From contig OZ024744.1 in the NCBI GenBank assembly GCA_964016885.1, positions 126,480,001-126,544,000 of the forward strand: a stretch of DNA of 64,000 bases. Reading direction: 5' to 3'. A program made the translations under genes and the position numbers. The DNA comes from Eledone cirrhosa (Eukaryota). Position 1 is the stretch's first letter. Each line of letters opens with the position of its first letter. The notes under the pieces were generated by a model. It searched no databases. It saw nothing but the letters and a program-made list of their open reading frames with translations, and was not told the origin of the DNA. This document shows, piece after piece, positions 1-13,340 of the stretch.

Positions 1-591
1 AACCAGAACAAATATGGCAGAAAGCATTCCATCCATTGTTTTATAGACTTTAAATAAATGTTTCTACTTTTAAATCAACCCCAGTGCATTACTGGTACTT
101 TTTTAAACCCAGAACATAAAGGGCTGTAACTATATGACACAAAGAATGTTGTCTGATGCTCTACAGATTCTGCCAATCCACCACCCTCAGCAATAAAATA
201 AGATTGTGTCTCTATAAGAAACCTTAATGACAAATATGAAGTAGAACATTCTACAGAGTGTATTTGTGGATTACAATACAAAACCTGAGAATAATTTCCA
301 ACATATTTCACCATAATAAATGTTCATTAATATATATTATTTCGTGGCATTCTTGAGATCATTAATCCCTACCTGAACATCCCTAGACATCTGATCTATG
401 TAGGTCATTTCCAGTCATCTCACTAGGGTTTTACTATGTTTAGGTATCCACCACAGGAGCCAGCTCATCAGGTCATCCCTTCATTGGTAGGAATGTCTGG
501 CATATCTTGTCCTTCGCTCCCTAGTTATTGTAGTAATCTTCAATATATGGCAGTATACTTCTTCCATTTGATAGAGTATATATATATATAG

Positions 592-1045
592 ATGCATATG
601 AAGGATGACAGCTGCATTAAAAGGTGCAGAGCACTAAATGTCGCTGGAAGCCTTGGAGTGGGGAGATCCAGGAAGACCCGGGATGAGGTGATAAAAGCTG
701 ACCTTGCCCAATTGCACCTCTCAAAAGCGATGACGCAGGACGGTGCCCTCTGGCATCATGCAGTAATACAGAAGACCTGACTTCACACGGCTACAAGCCG
801 AAGCTGAAGCATATAGACAAATATGTCCTCATCCCCACCCACTGCAAAGTGGTCAACAAAAAAGCCCCCAGCCCCCAGATTAAAGTGGCTGTGTAGGCAC
901 CATGGTAAAAAAGGCACCTAGCACACACAGTAAATGAGGTTTTGTGTTAAGAAGGACATCAAGCTGTAGAAATCAAGCCAAAATCAGTTCCCGTACGAGC
1001 AAGACGAGGTCTCATGACGTAAAACGGTGATAATAAGTATAAGAT
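592..1045 (+). mobile_element. RTE-clade LINE 3' fragment (ORF2 C-terminus plus 3' UTR)
   Basis: ORF 592-780 (…GVGRSRKTRDEVIKADL…QDGALWHHAV) resembles the RTE ORF2 C-terminus. It is followed by a degenerate 'aggaagggcatccagctgtagaaa…ggacgtaaaa' tail seen in the other copies. Confidence 0.75.
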
Positions 1046-1148
1046 AAGGATTTTTCAAGCTTCACATTTTATATTCTTCCTTCCAGAGTGTGTCTGTATA
1101 GTTGTGTGTTTCACATTTCACAGTGATGGGGTTTATTGCAAGGGTTGA

Positions 1149-2061
<913 letters not shown>

Positions 2062-2960
2062 ATTTCTAGCTAGGGATCTTTACATAAAGGATTCTCACTA
2101 CTTTTATTGATACATTAAGAAATGTAGATATCGTTAATATATGCCATGTATTCTAATATACAAAGGGTCCATAAAAGACTGCAGAAGTCTGCTTTCTTCT
2201 TCTACAAGTTGTAATGTAGCATTTAATTGGTAAAGTAATAAGACATATGTCAGTGTAAGACTGATCTTGGATGAAGAAAAGGCAAGTGCTTATATATATA
2301 TATGTGTGTGTGTGTGTGATTATTGTGGAATATATCACTATTATTATTGTTAAGGTGAGAGAAGCTCTATTCACAATAAAATACTCAGCTCATAAAACAG
2401 ACGAATAAGACTTCTATAGTTAAGGTTCTTGTTATTGGGGACAGTTCAGGTGACAAGAGGATTAATATCCAGAATTTCAAAAGATGAAGGTTAATATATA
2501 TATATATATATATATACAGACATACAGTGTGTAGGTATGAGAGAGAAATAAATAAATAGACGTGTGTGTAGAAATATGTGTGTAGGTGTTGTAATAAATC
2601 AAGATATTTCACTTCAGATAGAAAAGTTCACACTGTTTGTGTTGTGGTGGAAAAGGAAATAATACGTACTTTAGTTGTCAAGACCAAATATAAAGTCAAG
2701 AAAAGTTAGTAAAAACTAAATATTCACTGATTTCTGATTAAAATAATATTTTCCTGTCCTGTAAAATGTTGAACAACCCCTTCAATATTTAATAATACAG
2801 GTGATAAAACAACAACTATAAGGTAAATAAGTCACCTTATGTTATTTACAAACATTAACGTCCACCTTAATATGAAATAATCACCATAAAAGATAAAATT
2901 AGATGAGGTTTAAGTTGTAACAATGGAGCTAATATAAATAGTAATATTTCACCGTCTAGT

Positions 2961-3024
2961 TGACACCGGTGTCATCACTTAAAAGTCCCCCACATAATTT
3001 AATACATTCAGAAACAACTTCCGT
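2961..3024 (-). promoter_or_regulatory. Conserved upstream block shared with the + strand ZNF duplication units (candidate core promoter)
   Basis: Reverse complement cggaagttgtttctgaatgtattaaattatgtgggggacttttaagtgatgacaccggt aligns with ggaactgtgtctgaaggtattaaattatatcagggacttttaacgcatgacaccggt at 29373, 42263, 55652 and 62467. Confidence 0.55.
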
Positions 3025-3034
3025 TATATGAACT

Positions 3035-3220
3035 ACCAGAAAACCACCCGAAGGTAGCATGTGTAGTATGTATATTGATATTATACGCAAGTATATATGA
3101 TACATGTATATATATACCTGCGTATAATATCAATATACACACTACACATGCTACCTTTGGGTGGTTTTCTGATAGCATGTGTAGTGTGTATATTGATATT
3201 ATACGCAAGTATATATATAT
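3035..3220. repeat. X-X'-X triple fold-back of a ~60-bp sequence
   Basis: 3035-3098 is inverted at 3108-3176 and partly repeated directly at 3175-3220. Confidence 0.85.
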
Positions 3221-3271
3221 ATACATGTAGATATGATACATCAAATAAAATCATAATTGACAATATATAAT

Positions 3272-3456
3272 TGTTTCTACGTCAGGCACAAGGCAAGCAA
3301 ATAACAGTGTATTACTGGTACTTTATTTTATCGACCCCGTAAGGATGAAAGGCAAAGTTAACTTCGGCGGGATTTGAACTCAGAATGGCAAGGGCCGTAA
3401 CTCTATGCGTCAAAGCATGGCGTCCGACCCTCTACCAATACTGCTAATCCACCGCC
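3272..3456 (-). mobile_element. tRNA-derived SINE (family A) with 15-bp target-site duplication
   Basis: tRNA-like head with B box gagttcaaatccc and body gcctttcatccttacggggtcgataaaataaagtaccagt. TSD ttgacaatatataat at 3257-3271 and 3457-3471. Confidence 0.9.
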
Positions 3457-3989
3457 TTGACAATATATAATACACAGAAATTGAACAAAGACTGTGTTAC
3501 ACTGTCTTATGTAATCAGTAACGTAATCCATGATACATTAAAAAAGACGATATTATATATAAACTGCATTAGGAGAAAATTAGTGACAGAAAATTAATAG
3601 TTTATTGAAGTGATGGCCAACCGGAAGTGTTGGCATTTCAGAAATTTTAAAGAAGTGAATTTTTAAACAAACAAAATATATTTAATCAACAGCCCCGAAA
3701 TTTAGTAGATAAATTATGTAATAGTCATTCATTATTTATTCAAAGTAATCTAACTTATTTTATTAATGGGATAAACAATTAGAAACTGTACGCAGTCCCG
3801 CGCTCCTTCTTTTATTATAGTTTAGATTCATACGTTCAATAGATATGCTAGTACTTTATTCAGATTTGAATAAATAACGTTATTAATGTTATATAACTGT
3901 TCATATTAAACCAAAACACATTATTAAAGGTAATAAAATATTTACGTAATGGAAAAAAAAAGAAAAAAAGAATCAAACAACGAAAATAA

Positions 3990-4168
3990 TTGTTTCTACT
4001 TTTGGCACAAGGCGAGTAATTATCGCAGTGTATTACTGGTACTTTATTTTATCGACCTCGTAAGGATCAAAGGCAAAGTTAACCTCGGCGGGATTTGAAC
4101 TCAGATCATAAAGGGAGGTAACTCTATGCTACAAAGCTTGGCGTCCGACGCTCTACCGATACTGCCAA
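3990..4168 (-). mobile_element. tRNA-derived SINE (family A)
   Basis: Same body as 3272-3456. Confidence 0.85.
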
Positions 4169-4942
4169 TAAAATAACGGGAGAGGGCCAGACTTTATATT
4201 TCAGTCTGAGCTGTGATTCAGGCCAACCCTACAGACAAAATGACGAAGGTGTTACCACAGAGAATAGCCAGAGACACCCACTACAACATCCACCCCACCT
4301 CATGGGACTACTTCCTCAAGGGGGCTGCTGTGTTTCTAATTTTGAGAAGGAAATCAGCAGTGTAGGGACAAAGAGGAAGTGGTTTGTCAGGCCCCGGTAT
4401 TTAACTATCTCCCTCTTCTCTCTATTGCAGGTAGTGAAGCCTGGGTTTGTGGCTTCAGGGAAAATGTAGGAGGCAGAGAATGATACAACCCATGCTAAAC
4501 CTCCAACTAAAGCTGATACTTGACTTTTTCAGCTGTGGAGATTAGAGACATGTGGAATGATGTGTCTTGCTTAAGAACACAATGTACCTCCCTAACTGAC
4601 AATTGAAAACATGATATTACCATATGTTGTATGACTTCACTATACAATATATATGTGTTTGTATACATATATATAGTATATATTTGTGTATACATTGTCT
4701 CATTCCATGAGAGTAACTTGGTCAGTCTATGAACTTCTCATCCGACCCTTCTATATGTATATACATGTTTGTCAGCGTGTGTGTACATATGTATATAGAA
4801 TATTGTCACAACTACTATATACACCACATATACACTATATATAATATTGTCCAATATATATAGACTATATGTCATGTTGTCCAAGGGAAAGGCTGATATA
4901 GATCAGCACCAGTGACATTACAACTATTATATACACTATATA

Positions 4943-5765
4943 TCATCATCATCATTATCATTTAACGTCTATCTTCCACGCTAGCATGGGTTAGACGGGA
5001 ATTGTCCCACTTGAGGCAGGATTGATCAGGGGACCGTGTCTCGCTCGTATAGGACTGTATCTGGCAGGTTTTCTAAGGCTGGATGCCCTTCCTAACACCA
5101 ACCACATTTCCAGTGTGGACTGGGAGTCTTTTCGTGATGACACCTACACTACCTCTTTAGTTTGGACTGGATGTTGTGGTACCAACATAGCTTTACAGAG
5201 ACAGGGTGGTGTTGGTGTGAGTGGGAGGATGCAGTAGGGTGTGTGGGTTGGGGTGTATATTTGGTTAGGAGGGGCCTACTGACTGTAGGTTAACTTTGCA
5301 CGTAGGGAAGGCAGGTCTTCTCTGTTACTGTGTGGTGCCATAGATCTCAATCCAGTGACATTGTCTAAGAGAGGTGTAAGTGTGCAAGGTTGGATTTTAT
5401 GTCATCCCAGGTTTTTCTGGGTCTACCTACTCCATAACTTCCATCAATTTTGATATCCCTGCACTTTTTTTTTAAGATGTCATCTTTCATGCGCATCACA
5501 TGACCATACCAATGTAATCTTCTCTCAAGTAAACAGCATCTGATCCCTCTTATTCCTAATTCTCACTTAGTTTGTTTATGTTTTGCCGTTCATGTATATT
5601 ACAATTACACGTCCAACAGAGCATGCATGCTTCGTTCCTTTCCAATCTGTGCAGGTCCTCTGCACACAATGCCCATGTCTCACTGCCATGTAACATTGCT
5701 GTTCGTATACACGCATCATACAGCCTGCCTTTCATTTTTAGAGAAACCTTTTGCGTCCAGCAGCG
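4943..5765 (-). mobile_element. RTE LINE 3' fragment with (GAT)n tail
   Basis: Minus strand encodes degenerate …YDACIRTAMLHGSETWA…RLERNEA…RLHWYGHVMRMK. The conserved ggatgcccttcctaacacca 3' motif and (atc)n tail are present. Confidence 0.8.
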
Positions 5766-5775
5766 GTATTAGCTC

Positions 5776-6912
5776 ATTGTGACATGTGAGAGAAACCATT
5801 CTCTTTGAATGTTACATTAACTACACACAAACATATACATACAGCTGGGAAGCCATATCACTTTGATATATTTTGTAAATCTTTCTCTAAATGTTGTGGA
5901 TTCACTATACACTAACATATACAGGAGAGGAACTATATCACTATGATGTCTGTGGTAAATGCTTCTCTAAATTCTGTGACTTTACTACGCACTAACATAT
6001 ACAGGAGAGGAACCATATCACTGTGATGTCTGTGGTACCTCACTCTCTAAATGTTGTGACTTCACTACACACTAACATATACAGGAGAGGAACCATATCA
6101 CTATGATGTCTGTGGTACCTCACTCTCTAAATGTTGTGGCTTCACTACACACTAACATATACAGGAAAGGAAGTATATCACTGTGATGTCTGTGGTACCT
6201 CACTCTCTAAATGTTGTGACTTCACTACACACTAACATATACAGGAGAGGAACCATATCACTGTGGTACCTCACTCTCTAAATGTTGTGACTTTACTACA
6301 CACTAACATATACAGGAGAGGAACTATATCACTGTGGTGTCTGTGGTACTTCACTCTCTAAATGTTGTGGCTTCACTACACACTAACATATACAGGAGAG
6401 GAACTATATCACTGTGATGTCTGTGGTACCTCACTCTCTAAATGTTGTGGCTTCACTACACACTAACATATACAGGAGAGGAACCATATCACTGTGGTAC
6501 CTCACTCTCTAAATGTTGTGACTTTACTACACACTAACATATACAGGAGAGGAACCATATCACTGTGATGTCTGTGGTACCTCACTCTCTAAATGTTGTG
6601 GCTTCACTATACACTAACATATACAGGAAAGGAAGTATATCACTGTGATGTCTGTGGTACCTCACTCTCTAAATGTTGTGACTTCACTACACACTAACAT
6701 ATACAGGAGAGGAACCATATCACTATGATGTCTGTGGTACCTCACTCTCTAAATGTTGTGGCTTCACTACACACTAACATATACAGGAGAGGAACCATAT
6801 CACTGTGATATCTGTGGTACCTCACTCTCTAAATTTTGTTGCTTCACTACACACTAACATATACAGGAGAGGAATCATATCACTGTGATGTCTGTGGTAC
6901 CTCACTCTCTAA
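5776..6912 (+). repeat. Non-coding 80-bp minisatellite derived from a degenerate C2H2 finger (orphan ZNF 3' UTR)
   Basis: 13 units (acaggagagg at 5921,6001,6081,6161,6241,6312,6392,6472,6543,6623,6703,6783,6863). Homologous to the post-stop degenerate fingers at 38395-38535 and 51545-51782. Confidence 0.9.
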
Positions 6913-7568
6913 AATTTGTTTGCTTTTAAGAAACCACTGGTAAATGAAATAATTGCCTTATGTTATTTATTACATAACTATTAAGCTCTGTTACCTACAT
7001 AGAGCACTCTTTTTTCCTGGACTTTTCCGACGGAATTACTTCACATATATACATATAAACGAAAAAAATGAAACGAAATTTCATTTCCCACTCTTAGTAC
7101 GGCTGTAACTTAAATATAAGTATGTATACGTACATACATATATGTATACAGACGTACAGTAGTATGTATATATACATACATGCACACATATATATATGTA
7201 CGTATGGATTCACCAAACATTCATTACAACGCTCAGTGTGTTTGTAAACAAACATCCCGAATTAAGCCGTAGTGTCCAGCAACCATCGTTGCTCGTTTGT
7301 TCAACACTGACAAAGGAACGCTGTACTAGTTTCAAGCTTGTTAGCTATCGTCAGCAACGTATACCTTCCTGCCGATATACAAATTGGGCTACTCAGCCGT
7401 TAATATGCATAAGGAAATTATATACTTTCGGACGTTCAACCATCTGGCAGGAAGGTATACGTTGCAATTTGTATATAATAGGGGTTAATTTGAAGCAGAA
7501 AATGTTGGGGACCACTTAAGACAACAAATCGTTCTTTTTATTTTATAACAATTATTATTATTATCATA

Positions 7569-8411
7569 TCTATATATATAAAACTGTGGTTGTCTGTCTG
7601 TCTATCGATTTTTGGCACACATCTCCTCTTAGAATCTCTCACGGAATTGCACCGAAATTGCTATACTTGTACATTGAGCCCTAGCGAAGACATCGGAAAA
7701 AAAATATTTCAAATTGACCCGCCCTATCTGACGAAATCGAATATAATGTATCGATTTTTGAGCGTAAGTGATCAGTTATTTCCCTTTGTTCTGTTTACAT
7801 TGAGCGTCTTACGTAAAAAATTACGCTGGCTTTACGAACAGTTGTCGAGCCAGCAAAATATTTACCTGCAAAATTCATCAGTTCGAACACTAAGCTTCCG
7901 TTTTGCTTCATTTCCATTTAAAAGCATTTTAAAACAATATTTTTACTTGAAAACAAGTCTATTTAAAGACTACGTAAAACAAGCAAATATTTCGCCGTTA
8001 GGCGTGCAGACAGACAGTCGTGCAGACAGACAGTCGTGCAGAGAGGTGATATAGGCGTGCAGACAGACAGTCGTGCAGAGAGGTGATATAGGCGTGCAGA
8101 CAGACATAACTGATAATTTGGTTACGCTAATGTTTTTCTCTGCGTTGCAGTGTTTACATTTTCGATCTTTGTTAATAAATAACCAGTGCAGTTTCTATCC
8201 CCAACATCCTCTTTTGTTATAACATTCGGGTTATCGTTATGTTTTCTTAACTTCATAAGGCATATTGTTGGTTGAGGGAATATTAATCAAAAACACCACA
8301 TGCAAGTCTGCACAGTAGACACTACAGTTTTTAAGCCAAGAAAGAAACTTAACATTGTAACTTTAACACAGCTACTGAGCGACCCCGAGCAACGCCGGGC
8401 TTTACTGCTAG
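7569..8411 (+). mobile_element. Non-autonomous Helitron
   Basis: 5' a|TCTATATATATAAAA; subterminal hairpin cccgagcaacgccggg; 3' CTAG|t. Internal gtgcagacagacagtc tandem at ~8000-8105. Confidence 0.8.
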
Positions 8412-8474
8412 TATATATATATTTTAGTCTTCAAATTTATTATTATTACTATATATATATATATATATATAGTA

Positions 8475-8727
8475 CAAATGAGGTCGTGTAGGTGTCACGC
8501 CAAAAAAAAATACACAGTCCACGCTGTAATGTGGCCGTGTAGGTAACACGGTAAAAACCTCCCAGTTCCACACTGTAAATGTGGTTGGTGTTAGGAAGGG
8601 CATCCAGCCGTAGAAAACCCGCCAGACAGTCCTATGCGAGCAAGACAATCACTCTTGCCTCAAGTGGGAAAACTCCCGTCCAAACCCATGCAACCGTGGA
8701 ATATGGACGTTAAACGATGATGATGAT
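8475..8727 (+). mobile_element. RTE 3'-UTR-derived short element
   Basis: gttggtgttaggaagggcatccagccgtagaaa…ggacgttaaa(cgatgat)n. Related copies at 34490-34890, 47665-48010 and 57405-57612. Confidence 0.75.
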
Positions 8728-8895
8728 AGTAATAATAATAAATTTGAAGACTAAAATCCAAAGAGAGCTCGATAAGGATAAATATATATTAAATATATAA
8801 GAACCGTAGAGCAAATATTTATTAAAATTTTTTCAGAAGATCCCACTAAGGGTGAAAGCAGCGATTCTTTGCTTAAACTTTAATCTGTTATTTTA

Positions 8896-8951
<56 letters not shown>

Positions 8952-8954
<3 letters not shown>

Positions 8955-9200
8955 GAGGTTATATTTAATTTGTTGGGATTCAACAAGCTTAAACATTTTT
9001 ATAACTGATATAAAGCACTCAACACTTAGTGGTGTAACTACACAATATATTAATAAATGGAAACTATATTTATTTTATTATACATATTTCAAGGGCCACA
9101 ATGTCTTTTAGAGAAGAAGAGATCCTAAAGAATGTGGCCCTTGAAATATGTATAATAAAATATATATGGTTTTATAAATATAGTTTCCATTTATTAATAT

Positions 9201-9205
<5 letters not shown>
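8952..9205. mobile_element. Fold-back copy of hammerhead element family H2
   Basis: Inverted arms ~9042-9100 and ~9133-9205. The right arm (gaaatatgtataataaaata…atagtttccatttattaat) matches sequence downstream of the hammerheads at 18454 and 22945. Confidence 0.75.
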
Positions 9206-9244
<39 letters not shown>

Positions 9245-9937
9245 TGTATGTATATATACACATATATATATATGTGTGTGTGTGTACCCCTCATTCCGTT
9301 TTTAAAAATACACTCGTTGAACCACGTCATCCCCGTGGCAACACGTGGTCCAAATCATTCGCAGTTTTGCATTTGCTGTGTAAACGCAGATGGTTATCTT
9401 CTTCTCCTTTGGTGAACATCCAAGTATTTAACTGCTGTGATTTACGGATTAATAGGTGAAATATATTTCTTACTTAAAGAAATATATACAAAGGAGATTA
9501 ATCATTTTAAATGGTATCTATATTTGAAGTTCTAGTTAAACTTTAATTAGTTACCTACCTAGCTATGTGTGCCTACATTCTTTACAAATTATACCCTGTG
9601 ATTGTTTCATGTATTTATTATATATATATATATGTCAATCTATTTCTAGTTGATATGTAATGCTCGGATCTAATCTTTGAGCTTATTCTACGGTGGATAT
9701 GGCGCATGTCTCTCAGACATGACAACCCTTAATTTTAATTTTGGATATATATACATATATATATACATATAACATATGTATATATACAAATATACATATA
9801 ATATATATATATACATATATATATATGTATGAGGTTGGTGTTAGGAAGGGCATCCAGCTGTAGAAATCAAGCCAGAATCAGTTCCTGTCCTACCCCTGCA
9901 AACAGGGAATAACGGACGTAAAAGGATGATGATGATG

Positions 9938-9980
<43 letters not shown>

Positions 9981-9985
<5 letters not shown>

Positions 9986-10260
9986 AGATGAAATCAAAAA
10001 TGCAACTGGAGTCTTATTTTAAAAAAAATATATATATTTATTTGGTTCCTTTACCGGTTTCGCAGTTCTTCCCGCTTTTCAAAATTAGAGTTGAGATGGA
10101 GGGTCTGTGGTTTTCCTCACAAGAGAAAAACCACAGACCCTCCATCTCAACTCTACTTTTGAAAAGCAGAAGAACTGCGAAACCGGTAAAGGAACCAAAT
10201 AAATATATATATATTTTTTTAAATAAGACTCCAGTTGCATTTTCGATTTCATCTTTTTTT
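9981..10260. repeat. 280-bp palindrome containing a hammerhead 3' half (GAAACCGGTA)
   Basis: Near-perfect arms around a 4-nt loop (acaa, ~10119-10122), flanked by (TA)n. GAAACCGGTA at 10179-10188. Confidence 0.9.
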
Positions 10261-10322
10261 CTTTATACTTTCACTCGTGTAGGACACCTCGGTTATTTTT
10301 CATTTTGTAAAAAAAACCTCAC

Positions 10323-10360
<38 letters not shown>

Positions 10361-10363
<3 letters not shown>

Positions 10364-10620
10364 GGAGGTGAGTTTTATTGTAGTACAATAAAGCAATGCA
10401 GATATCGGATAAGAAGCACTCTACAGTTTGTAGGACTGGAGTATACATAATATATAAGATATGTTGATTTAAAACTGCACTATCCACAAGTGTTTTTTAA
10501 CCTTCATATCATGTCTTCCTATTTTATCTTATGAAAACACAAATATTATTGCATGATGATGTTTGTTTTTGAAATGCACATAATAAAATACATGGAACTC
10601 TTTTAACCATCTTTTGATCT
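10361..10620 (+). mobile_element. Copy of hammerhead element family H1 with decayed core
   Basis: Homologous to 12975-13370 and 18679-19118. Core reads CTTATGA…GAAATGCACATA. Confidence 0.75.
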
Positions 10621-10674
10621 TATATATTATATATATATATAGTTAAAAGAATAGAGGTGTAACACACAAGTTAT

Positions 10675-11059
10675 TATATATTGGTAAACGGAATAGAAAA
10701 TGCTGACAAATTGTTCACAGTTGAAAAATGGTTTAATTAGGAATAAAAGAGTATTAGTGATTGTATGGGTTAGTATTCAGTTGTGGTTTTAAGTTTTTAA
10801 GTTTTTACCGGTTGCGCATTTCTAAATGCTTTTCAAAAATAATTTTGAGATAGAGTGTCCGTGTTGATCAGAGCAAACAACACGGACACTCTATCTCAAA
10901 ATTATTTTTGAAAAGCATTTAGGAATGCGCAACCGGTAAAAACTTAAAAACTTAAAACCACAACTGAATACTAACCCATACAATCACTAATACTCTTTTA
11001 TTCCTAATTAAACCATTTTTCAACTGTGAATAATTTGTCAGCATTTTCTATTCCGTTTA

Positions 11060-11068
<9 letters not shown>
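10675..11068. repeat. ~390-bp palindrome containing a degenerate hammerhead 3' half (GCAACCGGTA)
   Basis: Near-perfect ~190-bp arms around the atcagagcaaa loop. The right end runs into (TA)n. Confidence 0.9.
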
Positions 11069-11124
<56 letters not shown>

Positions 11125-11140
<16 letters not shown>

Positions 11141-11801
11141 TCTCATGCATACACACAGATACTCACATTCACATATATATATTTATATAGTAAAGCACTT
11201 TACTATTAGGATTATATATATCTATATATGTTGCCTTGGCTGCTATTTCTAGGGCTAAAATTAACACCGGAAGTGGACAAGATGAAAAAGTTAGCTAAAA
11301 TTCAGTCTCAACTTTTTAAACAATAGATTTTTTTATGTCAACAAACGGAGAATATTTGGCAAGAAAGATAACTGTTGTCTTACTTAAAGCCGGAAATTGA
11401 GTTAAAAATTTTGCGGGTCTGCAGTTTATGTAAACCTTCTTATTTGGTCTTGTTAACTGGCATTTGACTGCTATTTCTAGCATATATTAATAGACACTTT
11501 AGAAATAGCAGCCAAAAGTCAGCTAACAACACTATAGGAAACACCAGAAAGAAGAACTCATGCACACACACACATATATATATATATGTACATGAGTGTG
11601 TGTGTGTGTATATATATATACATGTACACACACACAGACATCTGTGTGTGTGTTTATATATATATATATACACACACACGCACAAATATATTAATATATG
11701 TGCGTATATATATATATAATATATGCATGTGTGTATATATGTGTATGTGTACGTATTCATACATACATATATATGTGTATATATATATATATATATGCAT
11801 A

Positions 11802-11848
<47 letters not shown>

Positions 11849-11874
11849 GTATATACATATACATATATATATGT

Positions 11875-11907
<33 letters not shown>

Positions 11908-12023
11908 CAGTATATGTGTGTATATGATATATATGTATATGTATATATATATACAGTATATGTATATCTATGTGTATGTGTGTGTGAATATTTATATACA
12001 ACCCCCTCCCCCCCACACACATA

Positions 12024-12075
<52 letters not shown>

Positions 12076-12795
12076 TATATGTATATATATATACTTTATA
12101 TATATACATATATATGTATATATATATATATATATACACATATATATGTATGTATGAATACGTACACATACACATATATACACACACATGCATACATACA
12201 TATATTATATATATATACTCACATATATTAATATATTTGTGCGTGTCTGTGTATATATATATATATATAAACGCACACACAGATGTCTGTGTGTGTGTAC
12301 ATGTATATATATATACACACACACACACTCATGTACATATATATATATATGTGTGTGTGTGTACATGGGTCCTTCTTTCTGGTGTTTCCTATAGTGTTGT
12401 TAGCTGACTTTTGGCTGCTATTTCTAAAGTGTCTATTAATATATGCTAGAAATAGCAGTCAAATGCCAGTTAACAAGACCAAATAAGAAGGTTTACATAA
12501 ACTGCAGACCCGCAAAATTTTTAACTCAATTTCCGGCTTTAAGTAAGACAACAGTTATCTTTCTTGCCAAATATTCTCCGTTTGTTGACATAAAAAAATC
12601 TATTGTTTAAAAAGTTGAGACTGAATTTTAGCTAACTTTTTCATCTTGTCCACTTCCGGTTTTAATTTTAGCGCTAGAAATAGCAGCCAAGGCAACATAT
12701 ATAGATATATATATAATCCTAATAGTAAAGTGCTTCACTATATAAATATATATATATGAATGTGTGTATACGTGTGTATGCATGAGAGTGTGTGT

Positions 12796-12805
<10 letters not shown>
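11125..12805. repeat. 1.7-kb inverted duplication (unique ~430-bp arms plus inverted microsatellite)
   Basis: 11125-11560 is the reverse complement of 12365-12805 with a few substitutions. Centre near 11990-12015. A third copy lies at 15100-15745. Confidence 0.9.
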
Positions 12806-12846
<41 letters not shown>

Positions 12847-12873
12847 TATATGTATATAGGTATATATATGAAT

Positions 12874-12974
<101 letters not shown>

Positions 12975-13101
12975 GTAGGAGGTGAGTTTTATTGTAGTAC
13001 AATAAAGCAATGCAGATATTGGATAATAAGCACTCTACAGTTTGTAGGACTGGAGTATACATAATATATAAGATCAAAAGATGGTTAAAGGAGTTCCATG
13101 T

Positions 13102-13170
13102 ATTTTATTATGCGCATTTCAAAAACAAACATCCTCATGCAATAATATTTGTGTTTTCATCAGATAAAAC
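13102..13170 (-). ncRNA. Type-I hammerhead ribozyme motif, family H1 (antisense copy)
   Basis: Reverse complement of 13272-13340, with intact CUGAUGA and GAAAUGCGCAUA. Confidence 0.75.
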
Positions 13171-13271
13171 AGGAGAATATGTTGTGTTTTCATCAGATAA
13201 AACAGGAGGATATGTTGATTTAAAACTGAACTATCCACAAGTGTTTTTTAGCCTTCATATCATGTTCTCCT

Positions 13272-13340
13272 GTTTTATCTGATGAAAACACAAATATTAT
13301 TGCATGATGATGTTTGTTTTTGAAATGCGCATAATAAAAT
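13272..13340 (+). ncRNA. Type-I hammerhead ribozyme motif, family H1
   Basis: guuuuau-CUGAUGA-[stem II aaacacaaau…guuuguuuuu]-GAAA-UGCGCA-UA|auaaaau. Stem I pairs and stem III is the palindrome AUGCGCAU. Confidence 0.8.

Noticed and set aside
8833-8875. Hammerhead-like CAGAAGA-tccc/gggt-GAAA (also minus strand at ~54800-54835)
   Set aside because: U4 is replaced in both copies, and no convincing stem I, stem III or NUH site could be formed.
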